From positions 382-64,381 of the forward strand of contig JACQWK010000590.1 in assembly GCA_016209525.1 (NCBI GenBank): a stretch of 64,000 nt of DNA, written 5' to 3'. Source of the DNA: Verrucomicrobiota bacterium. GTDB taxonomy: Bacteria > Verrucomicrobiota > Verrucomicrobiia > Limisphaerales > SIBE01. Below, one piece after another: positions 10,783-20,478 of this stretch. The notes under the pieces are model-generated. The model was not told where the DNA came from and did no database searches. It saw only the letters and a program-made list of their open reading frames with translations. A program made the position numbers and the translations under genes. Within the stretch, counting starts at the first letter, position 1. Every line of letters begins with the position of its first letter.

Positions 10783-11063
10783 AACCAGGTTTCAGCAAGT
10801 CCACGGTTGTGCCGCTCGGATTCGGGGAGCGTTGTGCGCCCCCTGAATCACGAAGTCTTTTCCTGGTCCGGCGCGACCTGTTGCGCCACTCCACTAACAA
10901 CAGACCCGCCAACCATGAACGCGAGTCCCCTCGCCGGATTACAGTTTGTTTACCTTCGGTTGACGCGACCTTCCGCGATGACAGCGGCGAAATGAGGACG
11001 GCCCACGGCGGTCGCAGTTCGACTGCGGGGGGTGGTTTCGTTTGGAGGGAACACGGCGCGGGC

Positions 11064-11130
11064 AACTTCACCGAAGCTTAGCGCCATGAGGATGCGCAGC
11101 CGTTTGTCGCAGGCGAGGGCTTTAACGATG
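11064..11130 (-). pseudogene. ArsR/SmtB regulator N-terminal relic
   Basis: Translates IVKALACDKRLRILMALSFGEV, like KALAD.TRLRIL..L..GE. Confidence 0.45.
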
Positions 11131-11228
11131 TACAGATAGTGGCGCCTGGGTTGCCGCTTGAGTGTGTCAATTGGTTTCGTCCGAATTTCATTTCGCCTCT
11201 GGTCGCCAGTGGCGAATGCGAAGGTCGA

Positions 11229-11906
11229 TCAACTCACAGCAAGGAGAGAGGCGGCTTCATACCGATCGTTCGGCGTGCGCACAATTCCCAGGGCGCGTGA
11301 GTCCAGCACGGGCTGGCCGTCCACGAGGAACAAATAACGATAGCTCCCGTGGCGAAGTTCCAGGCGCGTCGTCCAGCACCCGTCGGGCGTCCGTTGCATG
11401 GGATGTGCCCCGGGTTGCCAGTCGTTGAAGCGCACCTGCCAGCGCGTGCCTTCGAGCAAATCAGCCGACTTGCGGGCTTCGAGCCGGACGATTTGAATCT
11501 GGTTGTTCAGCCGGCCACCGAGATAAAGCGGCAGGTCGTAGCTCACGCCGTAATGCGCCTGGCTGCGATCCCATGGCACGCCGGCAAGGCCGTTGGCCAC
11601 CAACTCGCTCGACATCGGCCGGATGATCTGGTCGTCGTTCAGGTAGGAGTAGGAACCAACAGCGTTCAACCCTCCCCAACGACCGCGCGCGGTGGCGCTG
11701 GCGTCGCCTTCGGCGGCCCGGTTCTGGTGGCCCGCCGACTTCAGACCGGGATTCGACTTGAGCGCCTCGTCAATGGCTTGCTTCAGTGACAGGGGAGGAT
11801 CCGTCGCGGCAGGGGCGTCGGCCGCCAAGGCGCTGCCAGCCAGTAGCGGGAGCTGCACGGTGGCCACGGTGGCTGCCAGCCTCATCAGACATTTCGCAAT
11901 TCTCAT
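11229..11906 (-). pseudogene. Chimera: TolC N-terminal fragment fused to CBM48/glycogen-binding domain C-part
   Basis: LSLKQAIDEALKSNP..LPLYLGGRL..RWQVRFN then DWQPGAHPMQRTPDGCW..GSYRYLFLVDG. Confidence 0.7.
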
Positions 11907-12039
11907 AAAACGTTTCGTAACTTTTTCCAGGCCCAGGTCGAAATGCTCCGGAACGAGGTCCTTCGGCCAATGGGGTGAGGTATAAACCGTAGGGCCGCCG
12001 GCCTCTTTGAGCAGGAGAATGATGCGGTTGGTGAAGGCA

Positions 12040-12369
12040 CGCGATCAATTCCTCGATGTGGAACGGTTTGGCCAGATAGCCGTCCGCGCCCAGGTTCAAG
12101 CCTTCCAGCCGCTCATTGAGTTCGTTCCTGGCCGTTAGCAGGATGACCGGCAACGCCATTTTCCGTTCGCGCAGATTCCGCAGAATGCTCAACCCATCCC
12201 GCCCCGGCCGCATGATGTCGAGGATGGCCGCGTCATAAGGGCGCGGGGTGGCCAGCGTGAAGCCCTCGTCACCGTGATGGGTCACGTCCACGATGAATCC
12301 CTGCGCCTCCAGTCCCTTGCGAACAAAGGCGGCGATCTTTTTTTCGTCTTCGACGATCAGTACTTTCAC
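12040..12369 (-). pseudogene. OmpR/CusR-type response regulator, receiver domain only
   Basis: VKVLIVEDEKKIA..ILDIMRPGRDG..PVILLTAR..GADGYLAKPF..ELIA then homology stops; no DNA-binding domain. Confidence 0.8.
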
Positions 12370-12689
12370 GGGGACCTTATGGGCTAGTCTGAGCCGAGCG
12401 CGCACTACCCATTCGAAATTCGGTACGCTGATTCTATAAGAAAGTCCCCGGACGAGGGTCTGGAATTCGACCTGGAGCGATCGCAGTGCCGTTCCAGGAT
12501 TACCCGCACCCCACCCTCCCACCGGCCAGCCGGGAGCGTGTTTCTCCTCAGGCTTTTGCCGGCGTGGAAGCCACTCGGCCATCGCTTGCCGTTCATGGGC
12601 CTGGACTCATGTTTGTCGATCTATTCGTTGAGTTCATATGTCAGTAAGCTGAGCTTGATCTTTCATAATCATTTGCCCTTTCTGCTCAG

Positions 12690-12719
12690 CACTGAGCCGT
12701 GGCAAGAGAAAAAGTTACA
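12690..12719 (-). promoter_or_regulatory. Putative ECF promoter (copy 4)
   Basis: TGTAACTTTTTCTCTTGCCACGGCTCAGTG. Confidence 0.7.
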
Positions 12720-12809
12720 TTTCTGGTTCAGCCGCTCAACCAGAGCCCCTGTATCGCGGGATACTCGCAGGTGAGTGCTGTCGTTCGAAGAGTGGCACCA
12801 GTTCGAACT

Positions 12810-12839
12810 TGTAACTTTTGGCCGTTTCGTGGCTCTAAC
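12810..12839 (+). promoter_or_regulatory. Putative ECF promoter (copy 5, divergent)
   Basis: TGTAACTTTTGGCCGTTTCGTGGCTCTAAC upstream of ATG 12859. Confidence 0.6.
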
Positions 12840-12858
12840 AGTGGGAGAAGCCCAGAGT

Positions 12859-13787
12859 ATGAAGATAACTTCACACCGCACCGGCAGATGGACTCGCAAA
12901 GGATCCCGATGGGCCGAAGCAAAACGGGTTATCGTGAGTCTGCTGGGAACGCTGGTGCTTACGCAGGGGACCTTTGGCGCTGGCGGCTCCGGAGACCAAC
13001 CTACGGCGGTGGCAATCTCACCAGGCGGACTGGCGCCTCCCGCATGGAAAAACGCGCTCTCACTCCGATGGGAAAACGATACGTTGGCCGGGCGTGACGA
13101 GAATTACTCCAACGGGATTTCGCTCGCTTACGGACGGGAAGGCCAAGGCTGGATGGGCGGCCTTTGGAATTGGTTCGGCGCGGAAGCCGACCACTATTTT
13201 CACAGTTACGAAGTTGGCCAGCTTATGGTGACGCCTTCGGACACGAACCGACCCATTCCTGATCCCAGCGACCGGCCCTACGCTGGCCTCCTTTACGTTT
13301 CGGCGTCCACTCACATGGTTCGCGAAAACGAATTCCATGGCTTCAAATTCATCACCGGTATCGTTGGTCCCTACTCGTTCGCGGAGGAAACGCAGCGGGA
13401 AGTGCATCGGCTCATCGGCAGCGATCTTCCCCAAGGCTGGGATTACCAACTGGAGACCGAACCCATCTTCAATATCGTTTACGAACACCGTCGGAAATTC
13501 AGCCTCTTCGATTCCGAATCCGGCTTCGCTTCCGAAATCATTCCGATGGCGGGCGGCATGTTGGGCAATGTGCTTGTCCAGGCGCAGGCGGGCTTGCAAT
13601 GGCGGCTCGGCTACAACCTTCCCGACGACTTCGGCACGACGCTCATGCGCGGACTGGGCAACCTGCCTTTTCCCCGGGCGAGCAATGATTCACCGAACGC
13701 CGGGAAGTTTGGCGCCTATCTGTTCGCGGGCGGCGGCGCCAACCTGGTCGCACGGAATCTTTCGCTGGATGGAAACACCTTCCGTGA
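12859..13787 (+). pseudogene. lpxR: Lipid A deacylase LpxR-family protein, 3' truncated
   Basis: WENDT..DENYSNG, GQLMVTP, DRPYAG, GIVGP, GWDYQL, RNLSLDGNTF; then runs into antisense of permease. Confidence 0.75.
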
Positions 13788-14910
13788 GACCCAGCGCGAA
13801 GGGCTCCCAAGAGAGCGCCACCGCCATCGGTGTGAAGGCGGCCAGGGTTGCCGCGATTCCCCAGCCCAGCCCACTGCCCAAGAGCATGCCCAGCAGCGTC
13901 ACCGACAGCGCTTCGGCCAGGAATTGGTGGAAAATGTCTCGCTGCGTGGCGCCGACGGCCCGGCGCAAGCCGATTTCCTTGGTGCGCTCACTCACGGAGA
14001 TGAGCTGGATGTTCATCAAGACGATCCCGCCCACCAGAAGGCTCAGGCCGGCCAACACCGTGAGCAACGTGGAGAGCGTGCCCGAAATGCCCCGCACAAC
14101 TTTGGCCACGTCAGCCGCGGTGCGCACTTGGAAGTCGTCCTCTTCCGGCGGCGTGATGCGATGCCGCTCGCGCAGGATGGCGCGGATTCTCTCCCCGGCC
14201 TCTTCCAGTTGGCTATCGTCTTTGAGTTTGAGGCGGATTTGGCTCAGGTGTTCCTGGTTGAGCAGCCGTCGCATCCCGGTGGTCAGTGGAATCAGCGCGC
14301 GGTTGTCCATATCGCTCCCCATGGGACTCGTGCCCTTGGGCTCGAGCACCCCTTTAACCTGGAAACGGACGTTATTGACCTGAACGAACTGTCCGACGGG
14401 ATCGGCATCGCCGAAGAGCGCCTGGCGGAGCGATTGACCTAGCACGCAGACCCGAGCCAGCGACGCCACGTCTTCGCCATTGATCGGATCGCCGCGCTGC
14501 ACGTCCCATTCCCAGGCGACATGCCAATCCGGCTCGACGCCGAAGACCGGGGCCTGGCTCTGGGCCGCGCCGGCTTTGAACGTCGCGCCGCGCGCCTGAA
14601 CGGCAGGTGCCATCGCCTCAATCCCGGCCACTTGGCTGCGGATGACATCCACGTCCTCGAGCCGCAGTGTGACCACGCTGTCGGCGCCGGACGGCGGAAA
14701 GGTTTTGCCCCCGCCGGCCATCACCATGATGGCGCGGAAGCCGAAGACACTGACGCGTTTCATCACGGCGCGCTCGGTGCCGGCGCCCATGGCCATGATC
14801 ACGGTCAGCGCGGCAATGCCGATGAGCGTGCCGACCATCATGAAGAACGTGCGCAACTTATGGCTGCCCAGGGCCTGGATGCCTGCTTTGACGAGGCGAA
14901 TGAGTTTCAT
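13785..14910 (-). pseudogene. MacB-like ABC permease, last TM/C-terminus lost
   Basis: HKLRTFFMMVGTLIGIAA..ISVSERTKEIGLRRAVGA..QFLAEA; lacks terminal PARRAA..P..ALR. Confidence 0.8.
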
Positions 14911-16472
14911 CGTCCCTCCTGTTGGGTTGAGGCGGCCGCCGCAGATTCCGGTGGCAACAGTTCCAGTTCCTGCGCGGCATCGCGTGGTCTGGGCACGGGA
15001 CGATCTTCGGCAATCTGACCGTCGCGCATCAGCAGGACGCGATCCGCGTGCTCGGCGATGTCCTGGTCGTGCGTGACCACGATAATCGTGCGGCCTTCGC
15101 GATGAAGCCGCTGAAAGATGGCGAGGATTTCCAGCCCGCTGCGGCGATCCAGATTGCCGGTCGGTTCGTCCGCCAGAATGATGGCCGGATTGGTCATCAA
15201 GGCGCGGGCGATGGCCACACGCTGCTGTTGGCCGCCGGACAGTTCGCTGGGCCGATAATGAATGCGGTCTGCCAGCCCCACTGACCCCAGCGCTGCTTTG
15301 CCCAGATGCTCGGCGTCTTTGGGATAAACGTCCGCATAAATGAGCGGCAGCAGCACGTTCTTCAACGCGTTCGCGCGGGCCAGCAGATGGAACTGCTGGA
15401 ACACGAAACCGATCTTGCGGCTGCGCAGGTGCGACAAGGCGGCATCGTCGAGGTTCATCACCTCCGTGCCGTCCAGTCGGTAGCGTCCACTCGTCGGTTT
15501 GTCCAGGCAGCCTAGCAGGTTCAACAAGGTGGACTTGCCCGTGCCGGACGCACCCATGATGGCGGCGAACTCGCCGGCCTGGACGCGGAAGTTCACCCCT
15601 TTGAGCACCGGGGTCGTCATCGTTCCGGTGGCATACGTTTTCTCCAGGTTTTCTTGAATGACGGCCTTCGGGTAGATCGCCGCAACCTTGCCCTCGAATT
15701 CCTTGCCGGGAAAGGCATCCATCGTAAACAGGGCATGTTGGCCCAAGCCCACCTTGCCGATGTCCACCTCGTCCACGAACGCATCCACCAGCAACCGGTT
15801 GAGATCAATGAGCGTGACAAACGTGGGCGCGCTCAAACCGGCGGAAACGGTTTCACCCTCCTGAGTGGACACCGAGTCGATCACACCGGAGATGGGCGCG
15901 GTGATGGTGGCGTAAGACAGCCGCGCCTCGGATTCCTGGAGGGCCGCTTGGGCGGCCTCGACCTGTCGTTTTGCCAATCGTAACGCCGCCTCGGCGACCG
16001 CGAACGTCATGCCGGCGCTGTCCAGTTCCTGCTGGCTGGCGATCTGGTTGGTCCGCAAAGACTGCGCGCGGTCCAGTTCCAATGCGGCAAGTTTCAGTCG
16101 CGCATCGGCGTCGGTCACGCGCGCTTCGCCCACCGCCACGTCCGCCCGGCGCTGGGCCACGACGGCCTCCAAATCCGCTTTTTTGTCCAGTTCGGCGATC
16201 ACTTGGCCTTGCGTGACGCGGTCACCAATGTTGGCGGGCAACCGCTGCAATTTCCCTGAAATGCGCGACCCGACTCTGACCTCCGCGCCCACTTGTGGTT
16301 TGACCGCGCCCGTGGCCTGGACAGCGGAGGCGAAGTCCCGCTGCGCGACCCGGGCTGTTGCCGGTCCGGCAGCCGGCTGGTGTTGCCTGGTTTTCCACCA
16401 CCAAGCCACGGTAACGGCGACACCCGCCAATACGATGACGAGGCCGACGGCAATTTTGGTTCTGCGCTTCAC
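14907..16472 (-). CDS. In-frame fusion of truncated MacA-like MFP and MacB-type ABC ATPase
   Basis: MFP up to [10 protein letters not shown], then [34 protein letters not shown]; likely start GTG 16472. Confidence 0.75.
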   Translation of the reverse strand: MKRRTKIAVGLVIVLAGVAVTVAWWWKTRQHQPAAGPATARVAQRDFASAVQATGAVKPQVGAEVRVGSRISGKLQRLPANIGDRVTQGQVIAELDKKADLEAVVAQRRADVAVGEARVTDADARLKLAALELDRAQSLRTNQIASQQELDSAGMTFAVAEAALRLAKRQVEAAQAALQESEARLSYATITAPISGVIDSVSTQEGETVSAGLSAPTFVTLIDLNRLLVDAFVDEVDIGKVGLGQHALFTMDAFPGKEFEGKVAAIYPKAVIQENLEKTYATGTMTTPVLKGVNFRVQAGEFAAIMGASGTGKSTLLNLLGCLDKPTSGRYRLDGTEVMNLDDAALSHLRSRKIGFVFQQFHLLARANALKNVLLPLIYADVYPKDAEHLGKAALGSVGLADRIHYRPSELSGGQQQRVAIARALMTNPAIILADEPTGNLDRRSGLEILAIFQRLHREGRTIIVVTHDQDIAEHADRVLLMRDGQIAEDRPVPRPRDAAQELELLPPESAAAASTQQEGR

Positions 16473-16565
16473 AGCATGGCCCGCGAACTGTCCTGGCCGC
16501 GTTTCATTTGTTGAGCCGTCGTCAAACGGCGGCGCAACGCGCGCCAACAGTCCGTTTCCGTTGAT

Positions 16566-16595
16566 TAAACGGGCGAACCGCGAAAAACCCCCTTG
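16566..16595 (-). promoter_or_regulatory. CnrH-like ECF promoter
   Basis: CAAGGGGGTTTTTCGCGGTTCGCCCGTTTA; twin at 23314-23343. Confidence 0.65.
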
Positions 16596-16655
16596 CGTGT
16601 GCCGATAATACTCTTACCGCGGAAAGAACAGCAAGGTGTGGGCGATTCGGCGCGG
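16590..16655 (-). pseudogene. Relic of second chrA copy (linker plus 3' end)
   Basis: 16590-16627 matches 20872-20909 at 32/38 nt; 16634-16655 identical to chrA 21491-21512. Confidence 0.7.
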
Positions 16656-16783
16656 CGGCGGAGTGCGAGGGGTGGCTGACGCGGTAACGAATCCCGATGC
16701 ACCGGGACTGCTGGGCGGGATTCTGCCGTCGGATTATCTGGGGCAATCCCGACGAGTCGGGCCGGCGGGTGGAAGTGCTCCAA

Positions 16784-16858
16784 CCTTCGCTGAAGCTACG
16801 GCTTGGCAGGCCGCGATGCCGGCCGTCAACTGCTTGTCCCGCCGTAGTCAGACGAAGG
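16784..16858. repeat. Imperfect palindromic REP-like element
   Basis: CCTTCGCTGAAGCTACGGC ... GCCGTAGTCAGACGAAGG. Confidence 0.55.
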
Positions 16859-16896
16859 CGGACGCACGTTCCACCGCGCGTGACGCAGGACAAGTT

Positions 16897-16916
16897 TATG
16901 TTGCATATGCAACATA
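16897..16916. promoter_or_regulatory. Perfect 20-bp palindrome, operator-like
   Basis: TATGTTGCATATGCAACATA. Confidence 0.55.
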
Positions 16917-16958
16917 CAGTTGGTCGTGGCAATCGTGCTGCGGTTGACTGATTGGGAC

Positions 16959-17064
16959 GGGCTGAAAGCCCGAAAGAAAATAGCCCAGGGCAAAGCGAGT
17001 CTGCGAGCGACGCCCTGGGTCAACCGTCCACAAGATTTCCAAGCCCTGAAAGGGCGGCAGAAAT
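16959..17064 (+). repeat. Left ~105-bp inverted repeat (REP-like, internal hairpins)
   Basis: GGGCTGAAAGCCC..TAGCCCAGGGC..GCCCTGGG..GCCCTGAAAGGGC; 31-nt block identical to reverse complement of right arm. Confidence 0.9.
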
Positions 17065-17101
17065 CTCGCCAACGGCAGGGTCAATGGGTAAACTCCGACT
17101 C

Positions 17102-18946
17102 ATGCCGACCGTCGAAAACATGACCACCCCAGAAAACGTGTTCAAGGGAGACGCAACACAACTGGCAGGCATCGACATTGATTCACCGCCTTCAAAGGTG
17201 AAGACGCCGACGTGTGAATACTACCTTGAGGCTTACGGCCAAGTTGCGAAAGAGGCCGAAGAGAAGGGTGAAACCCAGAAGGCGGCGGTCTATCGCTTCT
17301 TGCAGGTCATCGTTGGATTTCATCCGAGTTTCGACACGCCCTCTCAACCGTTCGTCCCGATGTGGCAGATGGAAGGCAAGCGTTCGCTCATCCCATCAGA
17401 CCTCACGGCTGCCGACATCGAAGTGGTTCGTGTTCTGGCACAACAAACGACAGACGCGGCGCTCCGCGCCCGCCTTCATGATGTGTTATGGGAACTGGCG
17501 AACGACCACGTTGCTGGCGCGGAGGCTGCCGGCTGTTATGCAGCCGCGGCGGAGAAGCTCGATGCCGCTGGTGACTGGACGTTCGCGGTGACGAGCTTCA
17601 AGCGCGCCCTTTATCTCGCCAGCAGATTCGGGCGCAACAAGCCCGTTTTCGAGGATACGGCGAAGACCGTTGTCGCGGCAGCGAAGCGTGCCGCGACCGG
17701 TGCCGACACTTTCCGCTGCTGCCAACTCATGCGCTTGATGCTCTCGGCAGGCGTCGGAGAACCGAACGAATTTGCGGCGATCGCGTCTGGAATGGCCGCT
17801 TCGGCAAAGGCAAGTGGCGACACGTGCAAGGCCAAAGCCTATTGGGAGGTCGAAGCGGAATGGCAGAGACGCGCGAAAGATGCCATCGCTGAACAGAAGG
17901 CGTGGTTGGCTGCTGCGGAGGCTGGGGTCACGGAAGCCGAGAGCCGAGCGCAGGGTAAGGGAGCGAGCTTCATGGCAGCCGCTTCGCTACTGGCAAAAGC
18001 GATTGAGGAGTTGAGACAAGCAGGGGCAGCAAAGGAGAGGATTGCGGAACTGCGTCGCTGTTTGAATGAGTGGCAAGAGCGTTCGCTTGCGGAGTTCCAG
18101 TCGTTCTCCACCGGGATGGACATTTCCAAACTGGTCCTCGGAGCGCGTGAGCATGTGAAGGGAGGCGATTTCCCCACAGCCGCTCTCAAGCTGGCGTTTG
18201 GCCAAGATTTGTCAGACCCGAAAGGAATCAAGGACGAGGTTGTCGAGAACGCAAAGCAAGCGCCACTGACGTATTTGATGGGTGCAGCCATCGTGGACGA
18301 CCAAGGGCGAACTACTGCGCGAAAGGAGAGTCTGCTCCACATCAAGGGTGAAGCAGCAGAGCAGGCCCTTGAAGCAGAAGCATTCTCTCATGCCTCACAC
18401 TTCCACTGGCCGTTGAGAGTTGATGGGTTTGTCGAGCCAGCGCGCGCACAGATTCTGAACGACCATAAACCGACGTTCCAAGACCTGCTGTTCATCGTCC
18501 GCAACAACCCGTTCATTCCGCCCGGTCACGAAGGCATCTTCCTTCGCGGGCTTCACGCCGGATTCCACGGCGACTTCGTCGTGGCGACGCATCTACTCAC
18601 GCCACAGATTGAAAACTCACTGCGCTACGTCCTCGAATCCCATGGCGTCGATGTCTCCAACCTGATGTCGGACGGCACGCAGCCGGTGAAGGTTCTCGGT
18701 GCAATCTTCGGCATGGCGGAAACGAAGCAGGTTTTCGGCGAGCCGTTGTGTTTCGAGCTTCGCGGCTGCCTCATTGAGAAAACTGGCTACGATTTCCGAA
18801 ATCGCGTCGCACACGGGTTCGTCCACGAAGGCGAATGCTACTCACACGCTGGCGTGACGGTATGGTGGCTTGTCTGGCGCATTTGCTTGACGCCAATTTT
18901 CCGAACAATTGCCGAGCAGAAAGCCTCCGCCGGGCAGTCCGCGTGA
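17102..18946 (+). CDS. DUF4209-family HEPN-domain protein (putative RNase/defence)
   Basis: C-terminal HLLTPQIENSLRYVL..GYDFRNRVAHG (RxxxxH); helical N-terminus; start 17102 or 17120. Confidence 0.8.
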   Translation: MPTVENMTTPENVFKGDATQLAGIDIDSPPSKVKTPTCEYYLEAYGQVAKEAEEKGETQKAAVYRFLQVIVGFHPSFDTPSQPFVPMWQMEGKRSLIPSDLTAADIEVVRVLAQQTTDAALRARLHDVLWELANDHVAGAEAAGCYAAAAEKLDAAGDWTFAVTSFKRALYLASRFGRNKPVFEDTAKTVVAAAKRAATGADTFRCCQLMRLMLSAGVGEPNEFAAIASGMAASAKASGDTCKAKAYWEVEAEWQRRAKDAIAEQKAWLAAAEAGVTEAESRAQGKGASFMAAASLLAKAIEELRQAGAAKERIAELRRCLNEWQERSLAEFQSFSTGMDISKLVLGAREHVKGGDFPTAALKLAFGQDLSDPKGIKDEVVENAKQAPLTYLMGAAIVDDQGRTTARKESLLHIKGEAAEQALEAEAFSHASHFHWPLRVDGFVEPARAQILNDHKPTFQDLLFIVRNNPFIPPGHEGIFLRGLHAGFHGDFVVATHLLTPQIENSLRYVLESHGVDVSNLMSDGTQPVKVLGAIFGMAETKQVFGEPLCFELRGCLIEKTGYDFRNRVAHGFVHEGECYSHAGVTVWWLVWRICLTPIFRTIAEQKASAGQSA

Positions 18947-19051
18947 TTTTCTTTCGCCCTTCAGGGCTTGGATTCATTTTGTTCGTTGACCCAGGGCTGC
19001 GCTCGTTTCACTTCGCTTGCCCTGGGCTATTTTCTTTCGGGCTTTCATCCC
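18946..19051 (-). repeat. Right ~105-bp inverted repeat
   Basis: CGCCCTTCAGGGCTTGGA..GTTGACCCAGGGC..TTGCCCTGGGCTATTTTCTTTCGGGCTTTCA; begins at the HEPN stop codon. Confidence 0.9.
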
Positions 19052-19087
19052 TTTCAGTTTGCAGCCCGCTCGCGTCGGCGGCCACGG

Positions 19088-19246
19088 TTTGAAAAGCTTT
19101 TCCACCTTCGCTTTCACGGCCTCATCATTTTGATCCGCGGCGGCCAGGGGCGTTTGAAAACCTTCGCCGGGAATTTTCTTCGTCGCGTCGATGCCGAGTT
19201 TGCTGCCGCTGGCGATTTCGCTGGTGGCGTGGTTGTCCGTTTTCAT
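19088..19246 (-). pseudogene. UbiD-family decarboxylase C-terminal tail, copy 1
   Basis: MKTDNHATSEIASGSKLGIDATKKIPGEGF..EAVKAKVEKLF, compensating +1/-1 indels; GSKxGIDAT is a UbiD C-terminal motif. Confidence 0.8.
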
Positions 19247-19602
19247 TTTTCTGGAAGCCCTCGCATGCGAATCGCGAAGTCGTCCACGACGCTGAAATGG
19301 CCGGACCAATCGTCGCGCGAAGCGAGCACGGTGGACAGTCGCTCGGCAACGGCTGCGGACGACGGCTGTGAGATGCGAAACAAAATGATTCCATGCGATG
19401 CTGTTGCGCCGCGCCGGAAAACCAATTCGCCAAAATCCTTGTCGAATGTGATGAGGAGACGCTCCTCCGCCAGAGCGCGGGCAAGCACGTCAGGATCGGG
19501 ACTTCCCGGCGCGGCTTCGCGAATCCACAAAACGGCATGCCCGCTGTTGCGCAGCCGGGTGACGCACTCCTCCGGGATATTCTCGTTGGCGCAGAGCCGC
19601 AT
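19243..19602 (-). CDS. DUF5615 PIN-like toxin
   Basis: MRLCANENIP..LRNSGH..PDPDVL..ERLLITFDKDFGELVF. Confidence 0.85.
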   Translation of the reverse strand: MRLCANENIPEECVTRLRNSGHAVLWIREAAPGSPDPDVLARALAEERLLITFDKDFGELVFRRGATASHGIILFRISQPSSAAVAERLSTVLASRDDWSGHFSVVDDFAIRMRGLPEK

Positions 19603-19611
19603 GGATGGAGA

Positions 19612-19839
19612 TCATCCGGCAACCGCGAAAACCTTTTCTTCAGTCACCCGTTCCTGGGCATACGCCACGCAGGCGCGCACCTGTTCGCTTGTGATGCGGT
19701 AATTGCGAATGATTTCCTGCTCCGGCCAGCCTTGCGCAATGAGACCGAGAATGAATTCAACGGCCAGCCGCGTGCCGCGAATCACGGGTTTGCCGACAAG
19801 CACGGCGGGGTCTGCGGTGATGTAGTCTTGCCATTTCAT
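19612..19839 (-). CDS. DUF433 antitoxin
   Basis: ITADPAVLVGKPVIRGTRLAVEFIL..GW..IIRNY.IT.EQVRACVAYA. Confidence 0.9.
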   Translation of the reverse strand: MKWQDYITADPAVLVGKPVIRGTRLAVEFILGLIAQGWPEQEIIRNYRITSEQVRACVAYAQERVTEEKVFAVAG

Positions 19840-19849
19840 GCGTAGAAAT

Positions 19850-20044
19850 CTACCCGTGCGACCGCAGGTTGTCAGTTGCGAAAAGCTTCTCCACCTTCGC
19901 TTGCACCTCTTCATCCATCTTGATGAGCGCCGGCCAGGGGCGTTTGAAGCCTTCGCCCGGCAATGTCTTCATCGCGGCGATGCCGAGTTTGCTGCCGCTG
20001 GGGATTTCGCTGATGGCGTGGTCGGGTACGTCGCAATCTTTCAT
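19850..20044 (-). pseudogene. UbiD-family C-terminal tail, copy 2 (open 64-aa ORF)
   Basis: MKDCDVPDHAISEIPSGSKLGIAAMKTLPGEGFKRPWPALIKMDEEVQAKVEKLF; direct repeat of 19088-19246. Confidence 0.8.
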
Positions 20045-20478
20045 TTTTTCACCAACGGATTGCGCACCTTGAGCTGCGGAAAGGCGGAAAAGTCGCGATC
20101 TGCCGACCACAGTTCGCTCGCGCCGTGATGCAGGCAGAGCGCGGCGATGCGCGCATCGTGAATGCGCGGGCCTTTCAATTTCGCCGCCACGGAAATCTCG
20201 CGCAGCTTCTCGAGATAGCCCGGGCTTTCGGCAAGCAAATGCAATTGCGGCGACGCGAATAAGGCAACCACAAACCCAAAAGCTTCAGACAGTGTGGACG
20301 CCGGTTTATAGATGCCGGGATGGGTAACGATGCCGATGAATTCGTGAATGCACGGCCACGGAATCGCCCACGGCGCAGGCTGATGCCGTAAGGAATCAAC
20401 TATTTGCGCAGCCGCAGTGTGGAATGGGCTGCCTTCCTTATGCGCGTAGATGAGGAGATTGGAGTCAACGGCGATCAT
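20041..20478 (-). CDS. vapC: VapC PIN-domain toxin
   Basis: MIAVDSNLLIYAH..EF..VTHP..HDARIAAL..LWSADRDFS.FP.LK..NPL. Confidence 0.9.
   Translation of the reverse strand: MIAVDSNLLIYAHKEGSPFHTAAAQIVDSLRHQPAPWAIPWPCIHEFIGIVTHPGIYKPASTLSEAFGFVVALFASPQLHLLAESPGYLEKLREISVAAKLKGPRIHDARIAALCLHHGASELWSADRDFSAFPQLKVRNPLVKK

Noticed and set aside
11900-11925. OmpR-type direct-repeat box (TTACGAAA..TTATGAGA, minus strand)
   Set aside because: Too short and degenerate to support
8681-12839. attC-like or CRISPR-like repeats
   Set aside because: Copies are non-palindromic, 100-1900 bp apart and oriented with downstream genes, which fits promoters better
12775-14442. 555-aa ORF as a real protein
   Set aside because: After GNTFR it is the antisense of the ABC permease, read through because of the deletion
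16959-19051. Autonomous IS element
   Set aside because: The enclosed gene has no DDE or HUH/Y1 motifs and no target-site duplication is evident; kept only as a non-autonomous cassette hypothesis
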